35,348 bases of DNA, from contig CAXXSM010000052.1 in assembly GCA_963663405.2 (NCBI GenBank), positions 1 to 35,348 on the forward strand, read 5' to 3'. The stretch is from a bacterium (lineage in GTDB: Bacteria; Hinthialibacterota; Hinthialibacteria; Hinthialibacterales; Hinthialibacteraceae). Below are positions 1 to 10,555 of this stretch, piece after piece; position 1 is the first letter of the stretch, and each line of letters opens with the position of its first letter. The translations under genes were made by a program, and so were the position numbers. The notes under the pieces were generated by a model, which worked only from the letters and a program-made list of their open reading frames with translations, ran no database searches and was not told the origin of the DNA.

Positions 1-688
1 CGTTTCCACTTCGATTTTGAATGTATTCCCCCAGCGTTTCTTCGCCGCCGCTACCGCTTTTGCGATTCCCCCGCAGCTGTCGATATGATTGTCTTTGATC
101 ATTACCATATCATAGAGCCCATACCGGTGATTTGTTCCACCACCCACCCGGACCGCATATTTCTGCAGACGCCGCAGAAGGGGTGTGGTTTTCCGCGTGT
201 CCATGATTTTCGCTTTCGTATGCCGAACCGCACGGACGTGTTCGGATGTCGTTGTCGCCACGCCGGATAGAATTCCAAGGAAATTAAGCGCGACTCGTTC
301 CCCGGCCAGAATGGAAGCGAGCGAGCCTTCCAGCGTGAAGACTGTTTTGTTGGCGGGAGAGTGTTTGGCCCTCTTTCGCCCAGCATTTCACCTCAACGCC
401 TTCATCGACCTGTTTGATCACCTCTGAAAAATCTGGGAGCCGCACAGCACTCCTGTTTCTTTGACGACGACACGGGCGGATCCTTTTTCGTGGTGGGATA
501 GTCGAGATGCTGGTTACATCTCCCCCTCCTTTGTCTTCTTTAAGGGCGCGGGCGACGATTGACATAATTTCATCATCCATCCGCATCATCGGTGTGACGA
601 GACCGTCTTTTCCTTCGGGTACAAAGTCGAGTCCGATTTCGGACTCTGTGATAGGATTTTTTCCCTTGTCATGGAACGCGCTCTCCAA
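1..688 (-). CDS. nadC: Nicotinate-nucleotide pyrophosphorylase (quinolinate phosphoribosyltransferase); frameshifted, 3' end runs off the window
   Basis: N-terminal 'ALKEDKGGGDVTS' in ORF 284..688 (start may be ATG at 589). By hand translation, another minus frame from ~300 down reads ERVALNFLGILSGVATTT...IMDTRKTTP...GGGTNHRYGLYDMVMIKDNH...IEVET, the NadC signature motifs. Frame changes lie between ~300 and ~480. Confidence 0.9.
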
Positions 689-1127
689 GCAACAGATAAA
701 TATGGCAATCCATTAAAAAATATCCGGCATTAAGATACCTCAGATAATGAAGAATGGAAATGGGAATGGAATGTTCCGTGTTTTAATCATCATTAAAATG
801 AGAAAAATGTACTTGCGCCGTCCAATCAAATGGAATGTGTTCTCCACATAAATATTAGTCAGCGCTCCCCTGAATAAAGAATTCCATCAAGAGATTCCAA
901 AATGAAAAGAATGGATATGGAGAGTGTTTCTATTTCCATAGGTTAAATCATGACCAATTCTTAGTTTCCCATTAAAATACATCGATTCCCATAATTCAGT
1001 GAATGATTATTAACAAAAAAGTTGGAATTGGTCTATATTGCTTTTGGATCCTTGAAATTGATTGTCAAAAAAATAACTATATTGTTCTATAGATTATAGT
1101 ATTTAAAAGAGAAAAGGAGTGTAATCA

Positions 1128-1777
1128 ATGAAATGCCTATTTCGAATAATTGTTGCCCTATCCATCACAATATTCTATTTTGGAGTGAATCCGTCTATGC
1201 AAAGAGCGTAGAAGTTGGAAAAGAAGCCCGCTTTTTAAAGGCAGGACAATCGATAGGGATTTGTTTGATCTTGAAAAACACGTGGAAAAGTGATACTAAT
1301 CGATTTCTGGGCGAGTTGGTGCCCCCCAAGCGTGCAGAGATTCCTTATTTAAAGCGCGCCCATGCGGCGTTCAATCCATCTTTTTTTGAGATCGTGGGGG
1401 TCAATCTCGACGAGGACACAAACACGATAAAAAAATTCGTAAATAAAACCAAGTTAACTTGGACGCATGTCAGAAATATCTCGAATCAAATCGGTTCTCT
1501 ATATAATGTGATCTCAATCCCTTCTCCATTTTTAATTGATCCATCAGGTAAAATTGTCGCTGAAGGGATCGCGCTTCGCGGGCCGAATTTGATACCTACG
1601 ATACAAAGACAACTCAAAGCCGCTTTTCCCGGTCAGGAAATTGTCAGAGCCAATGCTCCAAAGACCGTTGCTAGAATACCACCCACTCGAATTCCACAAA
1701 GAAGCCTAAAATCGAGAGAATCCCTACACCGGAAACCGCCTCCGCAGAATATAGACGCATTTCTAATGAGCCTATAA
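1128..1777 (+). CDS. TlpA/ResA-like thioredoxin-fold (redoxin) protein, frameshifted; possibly a pseudogene
   Basis: AGGAG at 1115 before ATG 1128 (MKCLFRIIVALSITIF, signal-like). One frame gives VILIDFWASWCPP (to 1328). ORF 1133..1777 gives RAEIPYLK...FEIVGVNLDED...LYNVISIPSPFLIDPSGKIVA. Several indels are needed to join them. Confidence 0.75.
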
Positions 1778-2031
1778 TCGATAGGAAGAGTATGAAATTC
1801 CCTCAGCTTTAGTGAATACCTCGTAATTTGTATTACACTAATTTTAGTAATCAGCACTTTCCTATTAAAGATCTTTTTGATCGTTACGTCCGCCAGTCAA
1901 GGATGTATCTGGCTTCTAGCCGTTCTGTTTATCCCATGTGGAGAAATCCTCTTTATTTTGATTGCCATGGAAAAAGAGGAAAGAAAGGTAGTACTTATAT
2001 GGTTTCTTATTAACCTGTTGTTATTTTTCTC

Positions 2032-2104
2032 ACTCATTTTCTTTATATGAAAATGAGTTTCTAAGGCTTTCTCGTTCGAATTAGCTCATGCAACTCATTT
2101 TCAT
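2032..2104. promoter_or_regulatory. Three copies of the motif ACTCATTTTC in alternating orientation (operator array or alternative hairpins)
   Basis: ACTCATTTTC 2032-2041, its reverse complement GAAAATGAGT 2049-2058, and ACTCATTTTC again 2093-2102. 2047-2059 and 2092-2104 form a perfect 13-bp inverted repeat. Confidence 0.5.
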
Positions 2105-2363
2105 TTGCACGTTGTGATCTCAATCATGATGGTTTATATGACAGACTGTGAGTTCTTCTATGATGAAAAAGATGAAACAGGATTGTATTTAGTGGATGGG
2201 ATTCACTTCATCTCACATTACCTGCAGGCAATCGAATATCCCACAATCGATCGATAAGACTAGATAACGTCCGAGAAATGAAAATAATATACCGGCTTGA
2301 ATCGTAATTCGATTCGAAACCTCATTCATTGTATTAAATGTTTATAAGAAACGGATTGGACTC

Positions 2364-5300
2364 ATGAAATCAAATGCTCTCATTTATTGCACATTAATCA
2401 GCGCCGTTCTTCTTTTCTCCACCATTCATTCAACGGCGGATGAACCGAACGAAGAACTGAACCGGCTTCGCGCGCTGGGGCAGGCGTTTATGGAAGAAGA
2501 AGATTATGCAAACGCGATCCAGGCGTTCGAGCGGGCCGCCGCGATGGTTCCGGAATCGGCCTCGGATGTCTATAACCTGGGCATGTCGTACTATCACGGC
2601 GAACGGAACGATGAGAGCATTGAGACGTTAAAACGAGCCCTGACTCTCGATTCAAACAATCCTTATACTTTGTATTCGCTTGGATTGGCGCATAAGAAAA
2701 TCGGTCAATCCACCGAAGCCGTCCATTATTTTCAACAAGTCGCCGAACAAGACGATACCGATATCGCTACTTGTTACAATATGGGATTGGGACTTTCTAA
2801 ATTGGGGAAAGACGATGAGGCGGGTATCTGGTTTCAAAAAACCATCCAACTCGATCCCCGTCATTCCAGCGCCTATTATCGGCTGTTTCAATATTGCATC
2901 CGCAGCCGCCAGATCGATAAGGCGAAGGAGTATCAAAAAAAATTCCTCGAATTAAAGAAAACGGAAGAACAACGTCCACCCGACGCTGTCGATGAAGGGA
3001 TCTATTTAGGACCTATCGAATTTGATATCCCCGTGGAGCAACGGCCGAATTTCACCTCGGATCTGACCATCCAGCTGGTTCCACAGGAAGAATTATTGAA
3101 TGCGCTTGACCAGGCGGTTGGGAAAAAGAGCGTTCCTTTGGCTGTTTTTCCCGATCTCGATCGACTTGAAAATACGTTAGTTCTATCTTGGAAAAAGGCG
3201 CCGTTGCGGTTTCCGTTCAAGCGGATGGAAACGTGGGAAAACCCGTATTACTGAATGATAAAAAAACCTGGGCCGGATGCGCCGAAGCGGATTACGACAA
3301 CGACGGCGATGTCGACCTATTTCTGTATTCACCAGACGATTCGATTCTGCTGCGCAATGATGGCGATGAAGGATACATCGATGCGGTTCCCGCGCTTCAT
3401 CTTCCTAACGTAAACGGCGCCATTTGGGCCGATTTTCGATCATGAAGGTGATTTGGATCTTATCCTCGCCCGTCCCCAACAGGGTGATTTGATCTTCCAG
3501 AACAACAGTGATGGAAGTTTCAAGGAAATCACTGATTCAGTAGATGGGCTTTCCCTCGGAAAAAGCGTCTCGATCGTGTTTTCAGATTTAGACAATGACA
3601 ACGATCTAGAAGCGATTCAACTAACAACCGCTGGTGAAATTAAAATCTTTGAAAACCTGCGGGAAGTCCGATTCAAAAAAGCGGTGGAATTCTCTCTTCC
3701 CGTCACAAAAGGAAAATCGCTTTATCTTCTCTGCAAAGATTTCAATAATGATGGAAGGATGGATTTCACTGTTATTGGACGGGCTTCCGCTGGATGCCTG
3801 GTCTGGATGGTGGATGAGAATTGGAATGTGCAACCACTCCGGCCCTATTCGCTCCGTCTCGATGGAAGTGTTCTGGGAACGGTATTTGATGCGAACAATG
3901 ATGGATTTGAGGATTGTTTGCTACTGCCCGGCGATCCTTCCAATCTCCCGCGCCTTTTGTTGAACCAGTATCCAAAACCGTTCAAAATTGCGGCGAATGA
4001 AGCGGCGCAGAACGCAAAGGGCGCTGTGAAAGCGCTTCCTGTGGACATTGATTTCGATGGTGATCTTGACCTTCTCGCTGTAACTGGCGCCGGCGATCTT
4101 CTCCCATTAGAAAATCAGGGTGGAGATAATAATCAATCCATCACATTGCGTATTCTGGGAAAAAAGAATTCGACCTTCGGTTATGGAAGCAAGATTCTGG
4201 TCAAAGACGGTCTGTTCCGGATGAAGAAGGAAGTGACATCGTCCGCTACTCATTTGGGGATGGGGGACCGCAACCAACTTGATGTCCTGCGTGTCACATG
4301 GCCGAATGGAATCTTCCAGAACGTCATCCACGCCACCGCCCAGATTTTCTCCGTGACGGAAAAACCCGGTTACGCCGGTTCGTGTCCGTTTATCTATACA
4401 TGGAACGGTGACAGGTTCGAATTCGTGTCGGACGCGCTCTGCACGAGTCCACTGGGATTGTACCTTGGAGGCGGCAGCTATTTCGAACCCGATCCCGATG
4501 AATACGCCCGCATTCGCGGCGACCAGCTGCGGGAACGGGATGGCGTGTTGGAAATGCGGATTACGGAAGATCTCCGGGAGATAACTTATCTCGACGATCT
4601 TGAACTGATCTCCGTCACTCATCCCGCCGGTCTTGAAGTGATCGCCAACGAATGTTTCACAACGCCGCCGTTTCCGGAATTTAAACTGTTCGGAATCTCA
4701 GAGAACGCCCGCCCTCCGAAAAAGGTAGTGGATAATAATGGAAATGATGTAACGGAATTGATTAGTAAGAACGATCTGCGGTACCCGCGCCCCTTCGGCC
4801 CCAGCCGGTACGATGGAGTCGGGGAAGAGCATTGGTTTGAAATTGATCTTGGCGATGTAGGAAACGCGAAGACGATTTACCTGTTTATCACTGGATATCT
4901 GGATTGGCCCAACTCCAGCATTGCGCGTTCACTCGATCAGAATCCATCGCTGGATTTCGTGATGCCCTATCTGCAGGTCAAGAACAAAGATGGGGAATGG
5001 GAGACTGTTCTCAATCCAATTGGATTCCCCGCAGGTAAGTTAAAGACAACTCCCTTGGATCTTTCGAACGTCTTTCTAACGGAAGACCGGTCGATCCGCA
5101 TTGTCACAACGTTAAAAATTCATTGGGATCGTATTCTGGTGGATACGTCTCCCATCATCGGTGGATTCGATATCCGCCAGCATCAAATGATCTCCGCCGA
5201 TCTGCGTAATGGTGGATTTTCCAAGAGTTATCTGCTGACGGACGCGGGGCCGCGGTGGTATGACTATTCCAAACGAACCTCCAACCTGCGCTGGGATTAC

Positions 5301-5653
5301 TCCACTGGTTTCTATACACGTTTCGGGGATGTTTACCACTTTTGAAGGGATTCGATGACAAGTACGTCATCATGGGGCCGGGAGACGAGATCGCCTTGCG
5401 CTTCGAACCAAAATCCGCCGATCCAGCGGTCACGTATTTCCTGCGTTTAACCGGCTGGGCAAAGGATCTAGATTGCAGCACCACTTACAGTCAAACCGTC
5501 GAACCACTGCCTTTTAAAGAGATGTCCGGCTATCCATATGGAAAGGACGAAACCTATCCATACGATCAAGAACATATCGAATATCTCCTTCAATACAACA
5601 CCCGCGCGGTGAGAGAGCAGAATGAGCCGCTTATGGTTCCTGTTCAGTATTGA
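2364..5653 (+). CDS. Exported TPR + FG-GAP/VCBS repeat + ASPIC/UnbV (CRTAC1-like) protein; one gene split into four ORFs by three indels
   Basis: Signal peptide and TPRs (2364..3254). Repeated DxDNDGDxD motifs (3188..3445, 3453..). ASPIC/UnbV segment 'THLGMG...DVLRVTWPNG', then 'GSCPFIYTWNGDRFEFVSD'. Single-base repairs restore WADFDHEGDLDL (~3433) and RFGDVLPLLKGFDDKYVIMGPGDE (~5332); a further shift lies at ~3185. Confidence 0.85.
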
Positions 5654-5693
5654 ATATCAGGGGTTGAGTCGACTGTATAAATTAGATAGGGTA

Positions 5694-5722
5694 GCAAGGG
5701 CAAGGTTTTTTATCTGCCCTTG
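5694..5722 (+). terminator. Hairpin downstream of the TPR/ASPIC gene, possible terminator
   Basis: CAAGGGCA...TGCCCTTG inverted repeat about 40 bp after the stop codon, between convergent genes; weak U-tract. Confidence 0.4.
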
Positions 5723-5751
5723 TCTTAAATGGTAGAAAACGTGGTTTCCGC

Positions 5752-5858
5752 GCTTTGCTCGTTTGAACCACGGATGACTTGGAGATACGTGGAGTTTACG
5801 GAAGAAAACTCCGTGATCTCCGCGCCTTATCCGCGCAATCCGTGATTCAAAACAAAGC
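5752..5858. repeat. Long imperfect palindrome (REP/MITE-like), CACGGAT...ATCCGTG type
   Basis: TTTGAACCACGGAT (5762-5775) pairs with ATCCGTGATTCAAA (5838-5851) with one mismatch. Outer arms GCTTTG/CAAAGC; inner arms GGAGAT/ATCTCC and GGAGTTT/AAACTCC. Confidence 0.65.
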
Positions 5859-5871
5859 TCCCTAAATCCAC

Positions 5872-6710
5872 TTACTCCTGCGGCTTCATCCGCAGTTTCC
5901 CTGCTTCAAGCCGTTGTTTAAATCGTGGCGGAATTTCTACATAGGAAGGGATGTCCCACGGTTCGATGTTTTTGTTCGATTGTATTGTGCGTATCCGTCC
6001 CTGCCAAACCGGGATCATGTCATCATAGATCATGGAAGAAACGATTTTCGCTTCTTTTTCATCAATTTTAAAAGTGTACCGAGCGCCCATACCCGGTTTT
6101 TGCTGCTCAATTCATCATCCAAGATCAATTCACGTAAAGGTTCGACCGCTTTTTCGCCACACTGTAACGCCAGATGGATTAATGGATATTCCGTGGATTT
6201 TCCTTTCCGGCGGGAAATTCCCCCAATAAAATAGATTTCATACGTTAACGTTGAAAGTTCAAATTGATTCTTTAACCGGCGAAGCGGCACAACACAGTTC
6301 AAATCCGATGCAAAAAAGCATATGGAAGACAAATCCAGTAGTTTTCTCAAATTTTCAATCGCATCATCTTTATTATATTCTTTTTTCTCATAATCATCCA
6401 ATAATTGGTTGATATATTTGCTTTTCAAATCATCTTCCGTTATCACTTTACCATATTGTTTGATCATATCATTTTTGTAACTTTCAACTTTCTCTTCCAT
6501 ATACACTTTTTTGGAAGGAATATAACTTGATCGATCCAAGTTTTCAAATAGATGGCCGTATCTAGAAAGGTAATCTTTCATACCTTCATCAGAGATTTCT
6601 TTTGCACCTATTTTTCCATTCATTAGGACGAGAAATGAGATGGCTATAAACAACGTAATGATTGTTTCCCGCCCTTGCGTAATTCCAATATTTTTAGTTT
6701 TAGAAATCAT
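5872..6710 (-). CDS. AT-rich hypothetical exported or membrane-anchored protein with a HEAT-like segment; frameshifted near 6070
   Basis: ORF 6030..6710 has an N-terminal hydrophobic stretch and 'EKAVEPLRELIL...RVWALGTLLK', which joins ORF 5872..6090 'IDEKEAKIV...' across a TTTTAAAA run. Its start overlaps the add stop codon. Confidence 0.6.
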
Positions 6711-7753
6711 TTTTCACTCTCCAAATTGAATTCCTGTGTCAACCCTTGCGTTTCCCGTTCAAATTCAGCGAGCATACTTTCTTTCTCTTCTTCACTAAGA
6801 AATGCGGCGTGGATGGCGTTTGCGATGATTTTTGGGATCTGATGGATGGGGATTCCTTGATAGAGAATGAGTTTCTCCAATTCTTCGCTCAAAGTAGATT
6901 GAAAGAACGCGGGATCGTCAGTGCCGATTGTGATGGGGATTCCGCGCTTGTAATACTCTTGAAACGGGTGGGCTTCATGGGAGGTAACCACTCCCAGCGT
7001 CACATTGCTGGTCAAGCATTGATTAAGGGGGATTTTATTCTCAGCCAGATACGCCATGAGCGTAGGATCTTCGTTGGCGCGCACGCCATGATCGATCCGT
7101 TCAGGATGCAAGGTTTTCAACGCTGACCAGATGGATTCAGCGCCTCGCCCTTCGCCCGCATGGGCGGTTTTCCGCAATCCAATGGACGCGGCGAATTCGT
7201 AGATCGCCGCTGAATCCTGCGCCGGGAACTGCTCGCTGCCCCCCAGCGCGATCCCAATTACGGATGGATGTGGAAAGCATTTGACGGTCTCGATCATCTC
7301 CATCCCCATTTCCGGCCCCAGATCGCGCACAATATCGATGAGAAACCGCCGCCGCCTGAATTCCTGAGCCGGTTCGCCGTTCAATCCACGATCCAGCGCT
7401 TTGATCATGGGTAGGTAATCAACACCGGCGCGCATGAATTTATGCGGCGCGAAGGTAATTTCAGCGTACCGGATATTCTCTTCATTCAGCCGCGTATTCA
7501 AATCTTTAGCGGCGTAATAGAAATCTTCCGGCTCGCGCAGCAGTGAAGAAACGAATAGAAATTGATGGAAAAATTCTGTAGCAGTCGAAAATTGAAGCGC
7601 TTTTTCGGCGTCACGGCGCCTGCGGATCGTTGGAATGTTGTATTTTCTTCCTAAGGAGAGGATCGTTCCCGCCCCAATCGCGCCTTCAAAATGCAGATGA
7701 ATCTCCGCCTTCGGGAGACGTTTCAAAAACGCCCGCGTCTTCGCCGGGAGCAT
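6707..7753 (-). CDS. add: Adenosine/adenine deaminase
   Basis: Motifs LPKAEIHLHFEG, TAHAGE, ERIDHGV, TIGTDDP. Start set at MLPAK (7753) because the longer ORF would overlap the divergent gene. Confidence 0.9.
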   Translation of the reverse strand: MLPAKTRAFLKRLPKAEIHLHFEGAIGAGTILSLGRKYNIPTIRRRRDAEKALQFSTATEFFHQFLFVSSLLREPEDFYYAAKDLNTRLNEENIRYAEITFAPHKFMRAGVDYLPMIKALDRGLNGEPAQEFRRRRFLIDIVRDLGPEMGMEMIETVKCFPHPSVIGIALGGSEQFPAQDSAAIYEFAASIGLRKTAHAGEGRGAESIWSALKTLHPERIDHGVRANEDPTLMAYLAENKIPLNQCLTSNVTLGVVTSHEAHPFQEYYKRGIPITIGTDDPAFFQSTLSEELEKLILYQGIPIHQIPKIIANAIHAAFLSEEEKESMLAEFERETQGLTQEFNLESEK

Positions 7754-7846
7754 CGTTTTTGAAGAAAAAAAAGATAAAAAACGTCTTTGAATGAAACTAG
7801 ATAATCTTTTCTTAATAAATATCATGTTAAATACGAGGAAAAAAGA

Positions 7847-8866
7847 ATGGCTGTTTCCACTCAATCTAAGGCCGGACGCGGGGCATTGCAAGTCAAACCG
7901 GCGGAGAAAAGTGATTTTCCACTCATTGAACGGGCCTTCGCCCGCGAGGCGGAGACGCGCCCTGCCCGGTGTGTCTCTTATTTAGCGGAGAAAGCCGTTT
8001 CGGATTTTCATCGCGATCGGTTGCTCCAATCGATTGAGGCTTCGTCCAGCGAATCTCCCATCCGGCTTCTGCTGGCGGATGGTGAATTGGCCGCCGTGAT
8101 GGGAACCGCGCCATCGCCGATGCACTCGGAACGCTTTGGCGTCACAAATTACAAAATCCAGCCCTTTTATTGTTTTATGGATGATGAAGGCATTGTGGAA
8201 CGGATCGTCAACGAATTACGGACATCGATCTGTACTGAATCCGGCAGTGTCTATTCCATCCGGATCGGCGCGGAAAACCACACACTGGATTATATGATGG
8301 GATTGCAGGGATTCGCGCCGGTGGGAATGTCGGTGCGCATGGCGATGGAATCCGCGCCGTTGGAGAATATTGACAGCGGCGCCAAGTATAAATATGATAC
8401 TGTAATTCGTGACTTTGATTCAAAAGACCTTCACGCCTTGCAAGACATCGGAAGACGGAATCATCGTTACAGCCATTTTTTTAACGAGCCCCGCTTTTCA
8501 CGGGAAGACGCGCGCGAACTCTTCGCGGATTGGATCCGGAAGTGTGTGGGCGGAGTGGCTCAACATATATATGTCGCGGAAAATAATGGACAAGTCATTG
8601 GCTTTTCCATTTTATTGATAGGCCGTTCTCTCGAGCCGTATATCGGTAAAACGATCGGCGTCGTCGATTTTATCGCCGTCGACGGTCAAACACAGGGAAA
8701 AGGAATCGGAAAGCTTCTTCTCGACGCTTCTCTTGGATGGTTCAAGCGCCGCGCCGGTTTGGTGGAACTGCGGACGATGGCGGACAATTTGAGAGCGATC
8801 CGTTTTTATGAGAAGAACGGATTCCGCATTCTCTCGGCCGATCAACACTATCACTTATGGACGTAG
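7847..8866 (+). CDS. GNAT N-acetyltransferase, WecD/RffC-like
   Basis: C-terminal GNAT motifs (IAVDGQTQGKGIGKLL, NLRAIRFYEKNGF) and 'SHFFNEPRF...ELFADWI', resembling dTDP-fucosamine acetyltransferases; GAGG RBS. Confidence 0.8.
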   Translation: MAVSTQSKAGRGALQVKPAEKSDFPLIERAFAREAETRPARCVSYLAEKAVSDFHRDRLLQSIEASSSESPIRLLLADGELAAVMGTAPSPMHSERFGVTNYKIQPFYCFMDDEGIVERIVNELRTSICTESGSVYSIRIGAENHTLDYMMGLQGFAPVGMSVRMAMESAPLENIDSGAKYKYDTVIRDFDSKDLHALQDIGRRNHRYSHFFNEPRFSREDARELFADWIRKCVGGVAQHIYVAENNGQVIGFSILLIGRSLEPYIGKTIGVVDFIAVDGQTQGKGIGKLLLDASLGWFKRRAGLVELRTMADNLRAIRFYEKNGFRILSADQHYHLWT

Positions 8867-8881
8867 GCGCGCGGCAGGACA

Positions 8882-9460
8882 ATGAATGAGATTCTAGCGG
8901 ATCGCCATTCTGTCAATCTGTTCCAAAACCGGGTTCTTGTGCTGAATTCCAGCTACGAGGCGATCAATATCTGCACGGCCCGGCGCGCTATCGTTATGCT
9001 TCTCGCCGAGAAAGCCGATCTGGTGGAAGAGTCGGATCGGCGCATTCACTCATCCATACTGACCATGCCACTGCCGGAAGTAATTCGCCTGCGACGGTTT
9101 ATCACTCTGCCCTACCGGCCGATCCCCTATTGCCGGCGCAATATCCTGTTGCGGGACGGATACTCCTGCCAGTACTGTGGAAAACGTTTTTCGCCGGAGA
9201 ATCTCACACTCGATCATGTGATCCCCATCTCGCGTGGCGGGAAAGACACTTGGACAAACGTGGTCAGCGCCTGCAAGAAATGCAACCACCAAAAAGGCGA
9301 CTCGCTTCTCAAAGAGATCGGTATGACGCTCCGCCACCGCCCCAAACGCCCCACATTGCCGACTTATCTTCACTTGGTCCGGTTAATCGGCGAGAAACGT
9401 CAGGTCTGGAGAAAATACCTCTTTTACGATGACGTAGAATCCACCGAAGCCGTTGTCTAA
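8882..9460 (+). CDS. HNH endonuclease (McrA/HNH_5 type)
   Basis: VLVLNSSYE N-terminus; RRNILLRDGYSCQYCG...TLDHVIPISRGG...WTNVVSACKKCNHQKG. Confidence 0.92.
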   Translation: MNEILADRHSVNLFQNRVLVLNSSYEAINICTARRAIVMLLAEKADLVEESDRRIHSSILTMPLPEVIRLRRFITLPYRPIPYCRRNILLRDGYSCQYCGKRFSPENLTLDHVIPISRGGKDTWTNVVSACKKCNHQKGDSLLKEIGMTLRHRPKRPTLPTYLHLVRLIGEKRQVWRKYLFYDDVESTEAVV

Positions 9461-9536
9461 ATCTCCCGAATGGAGTAAACTAACCCTAATAAATCTAACC
9501 AATAGGCCTCCGCTTATTGTATGGTTTACTCCATAT

Positions 9537-9610
9537 GCGCCTGTAGCTCAGCTGGATAGAGCACAGGATTCCGGTTCCTGGTGTCGGGGGTTCGAATCCC
9601 TCCAGGCGTA
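9537..9610 (+). tRNA. tRNA-Arg (anticodon CCG), CCA not encoded
   Basis: Acceptor stem GCGCCTG/CAGGCGT, D-arm TAGCTCAGCTGGATAGAGC, anticodon arm CAGGA-TTCCGGT-TCCTG, T-loop GGTTCGAATCC. Confidence 0.95.
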
Positions 9611-9672
9611 TTCTTATTCTTACTTGCAAAATTAACGTTTAGAAGTTTCTCTTCTTGCGCTACCCCAAAAAA

Positions 9673-9714
9673 TTAATCTTCTACATACAATTCCCAATCC
9701 AATGCGCTTGATGG
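9673..9714 (-). other. C-terminal tail motif copy 1: PSSALDWELYVED*
   Basis: Translated end of the phosphatase, lying beyond the catalytic domain; three extra residues follow the motif. Confidence 0.6.
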
Positions 9715-10518
9715 AATTTGCAACAGATTCGCTCGAATCGCTGATTGGATATCCGCCCCAATGTCTCGATGGAGAAGAAACGCTTCGATCCCTCCCTCTT
9801 CATCGATCCGGTCGAAAACCATCCGCAGCCACGATTCATCCACGTAATAACCAGCTTGATTCGAACTCAGATAATCAAAGAGAATCGTTTCCCGGCCGGC
9901 GCCGAGTAATTCGAGAATCAGAGCGGTTAAAACTCCCGTCCGGTCTTTTCCCTGCGTGCAATGATAGACCAGTGGCAGGTTTTCGGGATCGGCGATCGTC
10001 TTGAGCGCATTCACGAGGGAGGACGAGTAGGTGGTGACGATGTTATAGTAGGCTTCTTGATACGTAGAACCGGTAATATAGATTGGATAATGAGAAAAGC
10101 GAAGAAAAGAACGCAAACATTCCGCGTCCGGAGCCACGTACACTTCCTCTGGAGAACGTAGATCGATCAATGAACGAATCCCTAATTCCCGCAGTATCCT
10201 GCAATCTCTCTCTGTAGCCATCTGGAACCGGTCTGACCGGTATAAAACGCCATATGAAACGCGCTTTCCATCCGTTGTTCCATACCCTCCGATATCACGC
10301 ATGTTATACGCGCCATCCAACCCTATCCAATGGATGGAAGCCATTGAAACCTGCGAGGAATTTTGCGTCCATCCAGGCATGGCGATAAGGCATAGAAAAA
10401 AAAGAAATCGGCTCTTTTTGATAATGAGCGCCCCTTTCGTTCTTTCGAATACGTCTAAATAATATCCTGAATCACTTGAATTTGTATGGATTTTATGGAT
10501 TAAGATAATCAGACTCAT
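9673..10518 (-). CDS. Exported tyrosine/lipid phosphatase (Y_phosphatase3, MptpB/IphP-like) with a W-containing C-terminal tail
   Basis: GAYNMRDIGGY, LYRSD, IDLRS, P-loop HCTQGKDRTG, DYLSSN. Signal-like KKSRFLFFLCLIAMPGWTQ; the true start is probably near 10425, after AAGGGG. Confidence 0.88.
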   Translation of the reverse strand: MSLIILIHKIHTNSSDSGYYLDVFERTKGALIIKKSRFLFFLCLIAMPGWTQNSSQVSMASIHWIGLDGAYNMRDIGGYGTTDGKRVSYGVLYRSDRFQMATERDCRILRELGIRSLIDLRSPEEVYVAPDAECLRSFLRFSHYPIYITGSTYQEAYYNIVTTYSSSLVNALKTIADPENLPLVYHCTQGKDRTGVLTALILELLGAGRETILFDYLSSNQAGYYVDESWLRMVFDRIDEEGGIEAFLLHRDIGADIQSAIRANLLQIPSSALDWELYVED

Positions 10519-10555
10519 CCGAATTCCTTGAAAATCCAGTGGGAGAGAATGACGA

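Noticed and set aside
745-960. Recurrent AATGGA/TTCCAT words upstream of nadC as a possible CRISPR or repeat array
   Set aside because: The units are only 5-7 bp, irregularly spaced, with no conserved 25-40 bp repeat; consistent with AT-rich intergenic DNA or a degraded small gene.
1828-2013. 61-aa ORF in the intergenic region
   Set aside because: TTG start, no clear RBS, no recognisable motif.
8882-9700. HNH nuclease next to a tRNA as an integrated mobile element
   Set aside because: This HNH type is a common chromosomal gene, it lies upstream of the tRNA, and I saw no integrase or duplicated tRNA 3' end.
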